DNA of 64,000 nucleotides from an uncultured Gemmatimonadales bacterium. GTDB lineage: Bacteria > Gemmatimonadota > Gemmatimonadetes > Longimicrobiales > RSA9. The stretch lies in the NCBI GenBank assembly GCA_963798085.1, contig CAWCRS010000008.1, forward strand, positions 128,001 through 192,000. The letters run 5' to 3'. Both the position numbers and the translations under genes were made by a program. The notes under the pieces were generated by a model. It did no database searches, had not been told where the DNA came from, and was given only the letters and a program-made list of their open reading frames with translations. Shown here one piece after another: positions 10,550-22,705 of the stretch. Position 1 is the stretch's first letter, and each line of letters starts with the position of its first letter.

Positions 10550-10562
10550 GACTAACACTCCG

Positions 10563-11429
<867 letters not shown>

Positions 11430-11454
11430 GGCGACCTCCGGCTGTAGTTGCATT

Positions 11455-11483
11455 ATGATATCACAATGATATAGGAGCCGCAA
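11455..11483 (-). promoter_or_regulatory. Sigma70-like promoter of the SPFH-RHH operon with overlapping operator
   Basis: Minus strand TTGCGG-17 bp-TATCAT. Palindrome TGATATCA (11456-11463) and direct repeat ATGATAT (11455, 11466) form an AT-rich patch in GC-rich DNA. Confidence 0.65.
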
Positions 11484-11540
11484 GAGTCTCATGAGCACGG
11501 CATCTGAACGTGCGGCACCGTTCACGGGTAAATCTGTGCC

Positions 11541-13959
11541 GTGAAAGCCAATACGCGTGTGCACGGGAGGATCGTCCTGCTGGCGGCACTGATGCTCGCC
11601 GCGGTGGGGCCGCTCAGGCCGGCGCGTGCCGGCGCGCAGGCGCCGCCGGCGGTCGCGCGCAACCACGGCGCGGCCGCGAGCTCGCCGCGTGTGGACGCCG
11701 CTCGGGTGGCGCCGCCGCAGGAGGGGTTCGGCGGATTGCGCGGCTATGCGTTCGAGCGGCAGATAACAGAGCGTTGGCTGAATGCGCGGCAGAAGCCGGC
11801 GTTTACGGCGCCGGACCGGGGCACGCTGTGGCTGCGCGTGGACTCGGCGCGCGTGGCGAGTGCGGGAGCGCGTTCGCTCTATCTCTCGGTGGCGCGTTCG
11901 CTCGGGGAGCGTGGGGACTGGGCGGAGCTGGACGTGGCGTCGACGGGCCGGCTCACGGGCATGACTCTCAGTGCGCGGCCCTGGACCGTGCAGGCGGACG
12001 GCGCGGTCGATTCGGTGCGCGAAGGCATCGCGCGCTATCACCTGGTAGCGGACGGATCCTTCGGGATGCCGGAATCGCGTGTGTGGGAGCTGCTGCCCGC
12101 AGTGCATCCGGCGCGTTTCCGCGCGGGTGAGCGCTGGTCGGACACCATCAATCTGAGTGGGCGACAGGGCGGGTTCGAGCAGACACTGCGCGGCCGGCGC
12201 ACAGCGACACTGGTGCGCGATACGCTGATCGACCAGCGCCGGCTGTGGATCGTGCGTGACAGTGCCAGTGTGCGCTACGAAGAGAAGCATCCCGAGGACG
12301 CGCGCACGCTGGACACGCTGGCAGTCATCGAGCGGCTGACAACGGGCGTGATCAAGCGCCGTTATCTGTACGATGCCGAGCTGCACGTTTTCCTCGTGCG
12401 GCATGACACCACGCTATTGTCGGGCGCCGTCGTGCTGCGCTATTCCGACGGCCGCGCCTTCCGGGCGACGACGCGGTACGAGCGCGCGGACGTGTGGTTG
12501 TTGCGCGACCCGGCGGCGGTGGAAGCGCAGCGAGGGGCGGATCGGGCGGCCGCGGAGGCGAGGGTCGGGGCGTCCAGCCTGGTGCCATCGAACGACGTGG
12601 AACTGCGGTTGGCGCGAGGCGAAGCGGGCGTGCGCGATTCGCTGCTCGCGCGCTGGCGCGATGTGCGTGACCCGGAAGAACGCGAGCGCGTGTATCGCAC
12701 GCTCGTGCTGTTTGCCGGCAACGGAGCCACTGCGGGCGACGTGGAGGAGCGCATCGCCGCGCTGGCTGCGGCGTCGGGCGACACGGTGTTCGAGGCGCAG
12801 GCCGCATTGCGACGGTTGTCGGTGGGCCCGCGGCCCATCGATCTGTCAGGCATGCGCCTGCTGCTGCCGCTCCTCGCGGACCCGGGGGTCGCGCTCGGCT
12901 TTGGTCTGAACAGCGACAAGCTGTATGCGAGTGCGGTGGACGGATTGCTGCGCGCACCGCCGGCGGGGGAGCCGGATTCCACGCGCTGGGCGTGTCTGCC
13001 GTCTGCCTGCCGCCTGCTGGCGCGCGAGTGGGATCAGAAGCACGAGGCAAGGCTGCGCGATCTGGGTCTGCTGGCGCTCGTGCTGATGGACCCTGCGCGC
13101 TGGAGCGCTGCGGTCAGCGATCGCGCCGGTGCCGGCTCCTGGATTGCGCGCCGCGCCCTTCCGCTCCTGGACGGTGCGCTGCAGCAGCCGTTCGGGCCGG
13201 CGCCCTCGCCGTTGCCTGCGCCGGATGCGGACTGGAGTGCGTGGCTGCAATGGCTGGGTGGACGCGTACCGGTCAATGTGGATGCGCGCGTAGGTCACGC
13301 GCTGCGGCTGTACGCGGCGAAGAGCGGGCGCGACGTGCTGGCGGAGCTGAACGCGAAGCGCCAGCAGTCCACGTCCGACGCCGCCACGCTCGTCTGGGAG
13401 GGCATTCTGCTGAGTGCCGACGCGTACCATCCGGATGCGGACACGACGGCGGCCCGCCTGCTTTCGGGGTCCGCGGCGCTGCGTACGCTGGCGCAGTCCG
13501 AGCTGCGCGCGCTGTTCCGAAGCGCGGCCCGGCCCGCACCGGACTCGCTCGTGACAACGCTGCAGGGTGAGCTGCTGGACATCGAGCTGGCCGCGGGCGA
13601 AGCGTGGCCGACGCTCGAATGGTCGGCCCATAACAGCGGTGTCAGCAGGGCAGGATACGGCGGTGTTTCTGCTGGCTGACAGCGTGGCGGCCGAGCTCCG
13701 CGACCGCTGGGCCACGCGCGTCCGCATGGTCAGTCCGGCCGAGTGGCAGGCCCGGCCGCTGCGCTGGGCGGGTACGCTGTTCGTGCCGCAATCGGTGCAG
13801 GTCACGGGTCGTTTCGCACGCGTCGCTCTGGCCTGGGATGGCCGGCTGGCGCAGCGTGCGGGATTCCCGCCGCGCGGCTTCACCGGCTCCGCCATTTTCT
13901 TCCTCTTGCGCACGCCTGCTGGCTGGCTGGTGGTGGATCGCCAGGCCGGAATGACCTGA
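11541..13959 (+). CDS. Hypothetical secreted protein (~800 aa); frameshift at ~13618
   Basis: Signal peptide ([13 protein letters not shown]...AGAQ). ORFs 11541-13679 and 13567-13959 join as WPTLDGRPITAV if one A is removed from GAATG at 13617-13621. Confidence 0.65.
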
Positions 13960-14129
13960 CGCGCAGGCGCTGTCGGGCAAACACGCGGCAATGTGGGCGA
14001 ATCCCTGACGGTCTGTCCCATCCGCGCGCCCCATCCATAGAGAGAGACAGCGGCGCCGGGCGCGCGCAGACGCCATGTGCGGGCGATCGGTTGCACGTGT
14101 CGTTGCTCATGCCGGAGGGAGTGTCGCGC

Positions 14130-16527
14130 ATGCAAGTTCCGACCGACGTCCGTTATGCGCTCCGGGTGTTGCGCAAGAGCCCGGGCTTCACGATCCCGGC
14201 GCTCTTCATGCTGGCGCTCGCCATGGGCGCAGGCACCTCGATCTTTGCGGTCGTCCGGGCCGTGTTGCTGCGGCCGCTGGCGTATCCGGAATCGCAGAGA
14301 CTGGTCAGCATCTGCGAGGTGAATCCGGCCGTCGACCGGTTCTGTGTCGCCTCGCCGCCGGACGTGGCCGACTGGGCGGCGGCATCGCGCAGCTTCGAGG
14401 CGCTGGGCTTTGCGCGCAGCTGGTCGTTCATGCTGCGCACCAGCGAGCGCGTGGCAGGCGTCGCTGGCGGTTATGCGACCGCCGACTGGTTCCGCGCACT
14501 ACGCGTGGCGCCGGAGCTGGGCCGACTCATCGAACCAGGCGACATGTCGGTGGGCCGCAATCATGTCGCACTGATCAGTCACGCGCTGTGGCTCGAGCGA
14601 TTCGCGGGCAGCCCATCCGTTGCAGGCAGCACCACGACGCTCGATGGCGAAGCGTTCACGATCGTGGGTGTGCTGCCGGCGTCATTTCGTGGACCCGAGC
14701 TGGAGTGGGTGAAGCTGTGGACGCCGCCGCCATGGGATGTGCGCGATGAGGAGCGACGCAGCTGGCGTGGTTTCCAGGTGGTGGGCCGGCTGGCGCCGGG
14801 CGTGAAGCTGGCGCAGGCGCAGGCGGAGCTGGAGGTGATCCAGTCGAATCTGGCGCGCGCGCATCCGCCCACCAATGACGGCTGGGGTGTGTTCGTGCAG
14901 TCCCTGCACGAACACATTGCCGGCTACACGCGACCGGTCTTTCTGGTATTCAGCGGAGCGGTGGCGTTGCTGCTGCTGATTGCCTGCGCGAACCTGGCTA
15001 ACCTGATGCTTGTGCGCGCCACACAGCGGCGGCGCGAAATGGCGATCCGGGCGGCCGCGGGCGCGGGTCGCGCGCGCCTCGTGCAGCAGCTGCTGGCGGA
15101 AAGTGTTACGCTCGCATTGCTGGGAGGTGCGCTGGGACTGCTGCTGGCACGGTGGGGCACGCGGCTGCTGGTGCGGCTGGCGCCGGCCGGGATTCCGCGC
15201 ATTCGAGGAGACCCACCTGGATCCGGTGGTTTTCGCGTTCACGCTGACACTCGCGTTAGTCACGGCCGTGGCGTTCGGGCTGGCGCCTGCGCTATGGACC
15301 GTGCGTGTCGACCTGGCGCGCGGACTGCGCGAGGGCCTGGGTGCGGGTCATGCGCCGGGTGGTGCGCGTCTGCGGCGTACACTGGCCACGGGCGAACTCG
15401 CACTGACGCTGATGCTGCTGGTGGCCGCCGCACTGCTGACACGCAGTTTCGTTTCTCTGCTGCGCTGGGATCCGGGGTTCGACCGGAGCCAGCTGCTGAC
15501 CTTCTCTGTGTATGCGCCCACAGAAAGGTACCGCGACCACGCCGCCGTCGCCTCTCTGTGGAGCCGGCTCGAGCAGGAGGTAGCAGGTCTGCCCGGCGTA
15601 CGCAGCGTGAGCACGGCTTCGGCCGGTCCGATGTTCGGCGGTATTGAGCCCGGGCGGTTCCAGATCCTGGGTCAGGCGCCGCTGGCAGATGCGCCGTCCG
15701 CGCGCTGGTATGACGCGGGTCCCGGCTATTTCCGTGTGTTAGGCGTGCCCATCGTGAAGGGCCGCGACCTTTCGGAAGGCGACGCACTGGGAGCACCCGT
15801 CGTCGCCCTGATCAATCAGACCATGGCTCGCCGTTTCTTCGGCGATCGCGATCCGGTCGGGCAGCAGCTGCAAATGGTCGACGAAGGTTTCGACGTGAGC
15901 ATCGTGGGCGTTGTTGCCGATGTGAAGCCTTTCTACGCAGGTCGTCCGCCGGAACCGGAGATCTGGTGGTCCAACCGGCAGCGGCCGCGCTGGGCCACGT
16001 TCTTCGTGGTGCGTGCGAGTGGCGACCAGGGCGCGCTGGCGCGCGGCATCCAGCAGCGACTCGGGAGTGTCGACAGCGAGCTGGAGATGGGAGCGCTCGC
16101 TGCGCTCAACGAGCTGGTGGACCAGCGACTGGTCGGGCCTCGATTCAATCTGCTGCTGGTCGGTGTGCTGGCGCTGCTGGCGCTCGTCCTGGCGACTGCG
16201 GGCGTGTATGCGGTGCTGGCCTATGCGGTGGCTGCGCAGCGACGCGAGATCGGCATCCGCATGGCTCTGGGTGCACGCCGGCTGCAGGTCGTGCGCAAAG
16301 TGCTGCGCGAGGGCGCGCTCATGGCCGCCACTGGCCTGGTGATTGGCGCGATCGGCGCACTCATGCTGTCACGTTTCCTCGGCAGCATGCTCTACGGCGT
16401 AGCGCCGCGCGATCCCGCGACACTGGTTGGCACGACGCTGCTGCTTCTGTTCATTGCGCTTGCGGCGTGCACGATTCCCGCCGCGCGCGCGAGCCGCGTC
16501 GATCCCGCGCGGGTCCTTCGCGAATAG
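14130..16527 (+). CDS. Duplicated MacB/FtsX ABC permease (ADOP family); frameshift at ~15202
   Basis: [42 protein letters not shown] and [13 protein letters not shown] motifs; the two ORFs join as AGIPRIEE. Confidence 0.9.
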
Positions 16528-16866
16528 GCTCTTCATTTCACCGCGCAGGGCGTCGCGGGCGCGGAGAGGCACGCGGGAGCGTTGGGCACGTCGGCGTGAC
16601 GGCTTCCGTTTGTGCCAGTGACTGTCGAGGGTCACGATGTGCGGTCCGATCCGGCGTGCATCCTTCCTTCCGTGTCCTCTTCCGGGAACTGGCTGGCCGG
16701 TGTGGAGGGGGTGGACTATCATCCGGAGCAAGGCCGAGGCAGGGATTGCTGTTCAACTGCTGCTTACGATGGGCAGGCAAGCGTGCTGACGAGTCACAGC
16801 GACAGGGTGCGTGCAATGAGCGTGAGAGGGTGTGTGTGGTGGGGCAGACCTCGGTTGAGGCGGGTT

Positions 16867-18489
16867 GTGCAACGTGTGCGCCGTCCCATGCCGGGCCTGT
16901 CGCTGCTCTTGCTGTCGCTGCTGCCGTCTACTGTGCTGGCGCAGCATGATGAGCACATGCGACTGCCGCCGTCGTTCGATCAGCCGATGCCGCTGTACAC
17001 GGTGGGGTTGGGGCCGTACGCGCGTCGGATTACGACGACGTCGCGCGAGGCGCAGGCCTACTTCGATCAGGGGATACAGCTGCTGTACGCGTTCGCGCCC
17101 GAGGATGCGGCGCGTTCGTTTCGCGAGGCGGAAAAGCGTGATCCCGCGTGTGCCATGTGTTATTTCGGAGAAGCCTGGGCGTGGGGTCCGTACCTGAACG
17201 GGGAGATGCGGGCGGATGATGCGCCGCGCGCGTTCGCGGCGATCCAGCAGGCGACGAAAGTGGCGGAGGGACACACGTCGCCGGTCGAGCACGCACTGAT
17301 CGACGCCATGCGCGTGCGCTACGAGCCGGTGCACGACGCGCATCGTCGCAAACAACTCGACTCTTTGTATGCCCGTGCGATGGGCGATGTCTGGCAGCAG
17401 TTTCCGAGCGATCTGGATGCAGGCACGATGTACGCGGAAGCGTTGATGCTGCTGGAGCCGCGGCGAGGCACGTGGGATGTGAAGAAGCCGGCCGTACAGC
17501 AGATACACTTCGTGCTGGAGTCACTGCTGGCGCAGGACCTGCTGCACCCGGGCGCCTGTCATCTGTACGTGCACGCCACGGAATCGACGGTGGTGCCGGG
17601 AAAGGCGGAAGCCTGCGCCGACCATCTGGGCAACGCGATTCCGGGCGCGAGTCACATCAATCACATGCCGTCGCACACGTACAACCGCATTGGCCGCTGG
17701 GGTGATGCGGTGCGCGCCAACCTGCGGGCGTGGCACTCGGATCAGAAGGCGGCCATTGGCGAGGGCTTCGCCATCTATCCATCGCACAACCTGCACATGC
17801 TGCTGTTCGCGGCGTCCTATGATGGGCAGGGTGCGATCGCGCTGGAGGCGGCGAGGGAATACGCGAAGATTTCGCCGGGCGGCGACTTCTACCCGGCGCT
17901 CGTAATGGTGCGCTTCGGCCACTTCGACGACGTGCTCGCGCTCCATGTGCCGCGTCCCGGACACCCCATTTACGCCGGGCTGCTGGATTTCGCGCGCGGC
18001 TATGCGCTGCTGCGCACGGGCCATCCGGACAGTGCCCGCGTCCTGCTCGCCAGCATGGAGACGACAGCGCGCACCGCGCCGGATTCCGTGAACTTCCGCG
18101 GCCACACGGCAGCGCAGCTGCTGGGCATCACGGGCGGCATTCTGAAGGGTGAGATCCTGCGCGACGAGAAGCGCATGCCGGAAGCGATCGCGGCGTTCGA
18201 GCAGGCCGTCGCGGCGGACGATGGGCTGCGCTACGACGAGCCGGAGCCGCTCGATTTCGCCGCGCGTCACTGGCTGGGCGCGGCGCTGCTCGAAGCGGGT
18301 CGCGCAGGTGATGCCGAACGCGTGTATCGCGACGAGCTGGCGCATCACCCGAAGAACGGCTGGAGTCTGCTCGGTCTGGAGCAGGCCGTGCGCGCCCAGG
18401 GCCGGCGGGCGGAGGCCGACAGCATCATGCGGCAGTTCGACGAGGCATGGTCGCGCTCCGACACCTGGATTCGCGCTTCCCGTTTCTGA
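16867..18489 (+). CDS. Secreted TPR-repeat protein with His-rich core (start may be 16888)
   Basis: Signal peptide; AQAYFDQG...AARSFREA...DPACAMCYFGEAWAWGP, HPGACHLYVH and HINHMPSH motifs; C-terminal TPR-like helices (HPKNGWSLLGL). Confidence 0.75.
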   Translation: MQRVRRPMPGLSLLLLSLLPSTVLAQHDEHMRLPPSFDQPMPLYTVGLGPYARRITTTSREAQAYFDQGIQLLYAFAPEDAARSFREAEKRDPACAMCYFGEAWAWGPYLNGEMRADDAPRAFAAIQQATKVAEGHTSPVEHALIDAMRVRYEPVHDAHRRKQLDSLYARAMGDVWQQFPSDLDAGTMYAEALMLLEPRRGTWDVKKPAVQQIHFVLESLLAQDLLHPGACHLYVHATESTVVPGKAEACADHLGNAIPGASHINHMPSHTYNRIGRWGDAVRANLRAWHSDQKAAIGEGFAIYPSHNLHMLLFAASYDGQGAIALEAAREYAKISPGGDFYPALVMVRFGHFDDVLALHVPRPGHPIYAGLLDFARGYALLRTGHPDSARVLLASMETTARTAPDSVNFRGHTAAQLLGITGGILKGEILRDEKRMPEAIAAFEQAVAADDGLRYDEPEPLDFAARHWLGAALLEAGRAGDAERVYRDELAHHPKNGWSLLGLEQAVRAQGRRAEADSIMRQFDEAWSRSDTWIRASRF

Positions 18490-18600
18490 TCGCGGCCGCC
18501 CGGACCGAAAGGCGGCCGGCGCAGCCGCGACTCCTCAAAGAAACCACCCTGCTCCACGCGCCGAATCATCGGATCCGACCTGATTGAAGCGCGACGCGCT

Positions 18601-19620
18601 TCAGAGTCCGTCCGCCAGCAGTGCAATGACATTGTCCGAGCGGCGCGCGAGCTGTCCGCGCTCGATACGATGCACCGCATCGACGAGTCGAGCGGTGAGC
18701 GGCGTGGGCACACCACATTCCCGCCCGTAGCGCACGACCGGACCGAGCTGTGGATCGACCTCGGTTTCCCTGTGGCGCACGGCGAGGTCGCGCCAGATGC
18801 CGCTGTGCGTCTTGGCGGAGCGGCGGTTGTGCGCCACCAGTTCATTGAGCGAGCGCGTGGTACGGGCTTCAGTCGAGTCGGGCGCGAAAGCAAGCGGATC
18901 GAAGCCGTCGAAGGATTCCAGACGAATGCCGCGCGCCAGCGCCACCGTCACGACTTCGCGGGCCAGCGCAATGTGAACGGGACGATGCACCGGATTGGCT
19001 AGTGAATCGGCGATGGCGTCATCGGTGATGGCGGTGGCGAAGAGCATCGCCGCGTAGGCCAGCTTGCTCCAGAGATAGCCCCAGATGTTGTCGCTGCGGA
19101 TGGCGTGTTCGTCGAACCTGCGCAGCAGTGCGTGCAGCTGTTCCAGCCGGGGCGTCAGAGCGCCATCCAGTTCGCCCAGCACCAGCGTGCCGCGGCCGCC
19201 ATAGTGAATCACACCTGGCTCCAGATAGTCAGCGCCGAAATTCACGAAACAGCCGAGCGTGCGCGTCGCACCCGCGAGGCGGGCAATAACCTCCTCGTTC
19301 AGTCCGTTCTGCAGCGAGACGATGACGCCGTCCGCCGCGAGATGAGGCAGCAGCTGCGTTGTCGCCTGCTCCGTGTGCTGCGCCTTCACGCACAGCAGAA
19401 ACAGCGGGGCCGTGCCGGCAAAGCCGTCCGGCGTGAAAGCGGGCGCCTGCACGACGAACTGCGCGAGCGGGCCGGTGATGCGCAGGCCCTGCTCGCGAAT
19501 GGCTGTCACGTGAGCGGTTGCCTGGTCCACAAACACGACATTGTGGCCGGCGCGCGCGAGGAAGGCGCCCACAGTGCCGCCAATGGCGCCTGCACCCCAC
19601 ACGACACAACCGGGTGTCAC
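18601..19620 (-). CDS. Ketopantoate reductase (PanE/ApbA) family oxidoreductase
   Basis: WGAGAIGG Rossmann motif; LCVKA, SLQNGL, LWSKL, RETEVD. GTG overlaps the asparaginase stop (GTGA). Confidence 0.88.
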   Translation of the reverse strand: MTPGCVVWGAGAIGGTVGAFLARAGHNVVFVDQATAHVTAIREQGLRITGPLAQFVVQAPAFTPDGFAGTAPLFLLCVKAQHTEQATTQLLPHLAADGVIVSLQNGLNEEVIARLAGATRTLGCFVNFGADYLEPGVIHYGGRGTLVLGELDGALTPRLEQLHALLRRFDEHAIRSDNIWGYLWSKLAYAAMLFATAITDDAIADSLANPVHRPVHIALAREVVTVALARGIRLESFDGFDPLAFAPDSTEARTTRSLNELVAHNRRSAKTHSGIWRDLAVRHRETEVDPQLGPVVRYGRECGVPTPLTARLVDAVHRIERGQLARRSDNVIALLADGL

Positions 19621-20102
19621 GTGGATTCGAACACACCGGTCTCGCGATTCTTGCGGACGGCGTTCCAGGGGAACCAGCGACCGTTCATGGCGACGTACAC
19701 ACCCGGCGCCAGCAGCTGCACGAACGACAGCGCGCTGCCGAGGTTGAACAGGCCATCCGAGCTGCCGAACGCGTAGGGGACCATGGCGCCGGTGAGCACG
19801 ATCGTCTTGCCGAGCGCGGCTTCGGCCAGTGCGCCGGCGGTCTGCACCATGGTGTCCGTGCCGTGCGTGACGACGATCTGTGTCTCGGCACAGCGGCGAC
19901 AGTGATCGACGATGGTGGCTCGATCCTCCGCCGTCATGTCCAGGCTGTCGATCATCATGAGCGAGCGCACGGCGACGTCGAGGTGGCAGCGTCCGCGGCG
20001 CAGCATCTCGGGGACGTGCGTGTCCTGGAAGAAGAGCGTACCACGCAGCTCGTCGTATTCCTTGTCGAAGGTGCCGCCCGTCACGAACACACGGATGGTC
20101 AT
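19617..20102 (-). CDS. Short-chain (N-terminal domain only) L-asparaginase family protein
   Basis: TGGTFDKEY and THGTDTM catalytic Thr motifs, VLTGAMVP, SDGLFNL; only 161 aa. Confidence 0.88.
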   Translation of the reverse strand: MTIRVFVTGGTFDKEYDELRGTLFFQDTHVPEMLRRGRCHLDVAVRSLMMIDSLDMTAEDRATIVDHCRRCAETQIVVTHGTDTMVQTAGALAEAALGKTIVLTGAMVPYAFGSSDGLFNLGSALSFVQLLAPGVYVAMNGRWFPWNAVRKNRETGVFEST

Positions 20103-20300
20103 GTCGGCTGTCCTGTCGCGCAGGCGTGATTCCCGGGATGCCGTCCACCCGCATCGTTCCGGAACAGTTCACGGAGGAAGCGGGCCTTCGCAGGACGCGC
20201 GGGAACGATAGGCAGCGGCGCATACGCGGTCAATCAGCCGCGAGGCAGTGCCGCCCGGCCTGCAAGCGCACGACCGCGCGCAGCGAACAGCCGGAAAGCA

Positions 20301-20333
20301 GAACGGCGAGTCCACTGTGCGGACTCGCCGTTC
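20301..20333 (-). terminator. Hairpin terminator downstream of the DUF4384 gene
   Basis: GAACGGCGAGTCC-7 nt-GGACTCGCCGTTC perfect 13-bp stem, followed by TGCTTT on the minus strand. Confidence 0.65.
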
Positions 20334-20361
20334 CTGAGTGCTGGCAGAGCAGACTGTTCTG

Positions 20362-22123
20362 CTAGTTGTGCTTTGCGGACCGACCGCTGGCGGAGCCGGA
20401 GCGCGCGGAAGCGTGACCGCCGGAGGAACGCGAAGCGCTCGAGCCGCGCGTGTACCCGGAGCTGCGCGAAGCGCCTGCCGACTGGCGCGTTTCACTGCTG
20501 CCGCGTGTGGCGCCCTGCGAGCGTGAGCCGCCACCGAGGATGCGGCTCATGACGCCACGGCTCTGCGATCCACCGTTCTCCGAAGAGCGCGGCGCGTAGG
20601 TGCGGGTTGGCTCACTGCGCGCAGGCGCTTCCATGCGCCGGCCTTCATCGCGCCGCACCGCCGAGCCGTTGTCACGCGGCGGATTGCTGTCACGCGAAGA
20701 GCGCGGGTTGGCGACGCGCTGGTTCTGCTGCGTATCGCGCTGCGGTTGCGGATCCAATGGAATCATGCGCGAGGCCGACGAGCCGCCACGCAGAACACGC
20801 GTGCCGCCATCCAATGCGCGCTCATCGGAACGCGAATCGCGCGGCTCTGCGCGGCGCACGAACGGATTCTCGCGCACCGGGCGGCTGCGGCCCGGATCCG
20901 AAGCCTGCTGCGCATCACGGCCACTCCGCGTCGCTCCCTCGTCCGGAGGCTGCGCGGCTCGTGCGCGCGACGGATCGCGCGGGTTCGCCTGGCGCTGCGG
21001 CTCGCTGGCGCGCGCGCCGCCGTTGCGATCATTGATGTCTGACGCCGACCGGCGAGGCGCTGGATCCGACACCTGAACGGCACGGCCGAAACCGTCGGTC
21101 GCAGCGCCGCGACGCACAGGCTGCGTGCCGTAGTCGGTCGCGCTGGCGCGATGCACCGCGTACCGGGGCGGTGGTCCATCGTTCTGGTGCTGCAGGCGGC
21201 CCACGCCCCAACCGGGCTGCCCTCCCGGATTCCCCCAATGGACTCCCGGCCCGTTGTGCGCGAAGCGTCCATCACGGCGGCAGAACGGATCACCACCGCA
21301 GCGATCGCCGTAGTGCAGACCCACGGCGTAGCGCGTACGCCGCGGCCCCAGCAGGAAGCGGTTGACGATCACCACGCGCGTCGGACGGAAGAACGAATTG
21401 TAGAAGAACGGGTCGTACACGAACGGATCGTAGTAGAACGGATCGTAGAAGGAGTCGTAGTAGTACGGCCGGTAGTACCAGGGCCGGCCGAACGAGATGC
21501 TGAAGTGGAAGCCGGAGCGCACACCGAAGCCGTAGCAGTCGAAGCACCACGGATCGAACAGGCCGAGCGAGACGCTGACGTGGCTGCGGCTGTAACGCGG
21601 CTGTTCGCGACCTACGAATGTACGGCGACGCATCGTAGTCGAAATGCGTGTTGCCGGCCATCTGCTGCACAATGTCCAGCAGCATCGCTTCCGGATCATC
21701 CGAGGCCCGGCCATTGTCGCCGATCACGCGGTAGTCCCAGTGATCGCCGCGTACGAGATCATTGAAGTTGAACGGATCCTGCGCGTACGCGGCCAGCACC
21801 ATGCCCGATCCCGAGGGCTCCTCCACGAGGAACGCTTCGCGATCCCCTCGCCCGCGGATCTCGACGCGCTCGCCACCGCGCACGAAGTTGTCCAGGCCCG
21901 GATCCAGCGGGAACAGCACACGCGCACGTCCATCTTCATCCGCGCGCAACACCACCAGGTAACCGTCCTGAGCGGCCCGCACGTAAACGCGCGCACGATC
22001 ACCCTGCTCGTACTGCGCATCCGAGCTGAGCCACACCTGCACGGACGGTTCGCGAGCGGATGGCTGATTGGCTGGAGCGCCGCCGGACTGCGCCAGCAAC
22101 AACGGCAGGACCAACGGGACCAT
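20362..22123 (-). CDS. DUF4384-like N-terminal domain protein with Tyr/Asp/Pro/Phe repeats and long disordered tail; frameshift at ~21618
   Basis: VQVWL...YEQGDRARVYVRAAQDGYLVVLRADEDGRARVLFP matches the DUF4384 pattern as recalled. ORFs 21290-22342 and 20362-21714 join as SPYIVGREQP. Confidence 0.7.
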
Positions 22124-22573
22124 CGTCAGTGATGCCACCTCGGGGGAAGGGATTCCTCCCCCGATACACCGGCTGCGCCCCTGTGTTCGCGGGTTGTGAC
22201 GAATCGATCCCGCCATTTCCACCGCTGCGCTCGAGCAGCGCCGCAACCGGGCCGGATCACCGCCGCCGGACGCCGGACGAGGGTGCTCAGCAAGCGGCGC
22301 GGTGAGGCGGGAGAAGCCCGCAACGTCGCCTTCGACACGCACTCGACGCGCGTTCTGTGCGCTGTCGCGGTATCCGTGTCGACCGGGGCAGCATCCGCGA
22401 ATGTATACGTTATGCGCAGCGGAAGGTCGTGTTCGGGTTCAACCTCGCTGGCTGCGCAGTGTCGCGCCGCGCTGCGCCGCAATACCCGGCGCCGCTGCGG
22501 TCCTGTCACACCCTGCCAGGCCGGACGTCTACGGCAAATGGGTGGTTGACAGGCCGATTGCAGGAGATGCGAA

Positions 22574-22593
22574 ACCCGTAACCGGCTACGGGT
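22574..22593. promoter_or_regulatory. Near-perfect 20-bp palindrome, candidate operator upstream of the RND operon
   Basis: ACCCGTAACCGGCTACGGGT; TTGACA at 22546-22551 just upstream. Confidence 0.45.
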
Positions 22594-22705
22594 ATTGGGT
22601 AGTGAAACCGGGCAGTGGCGTGGGAGCGGTTGAGACGATCGTTGAGCGATGGATGGACCAACCAGACCGACTGCGTCCGCACAACAGGTTCGAGGAGGAA
22701 AGTCC

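Noticed and set aside
16528..16866. Small ORFs or ncRNA in the ADOP-TPR intergenic region
   Set aside because: No recognisable riboswitch, RNA family or convincing coding signal by eye.
21400..21470. 15-bp tandem repeats as a CRISPR-like array
   Set aside because: There are no spacers; the units encode YDPF peptide repeats, and no cas genes are present.
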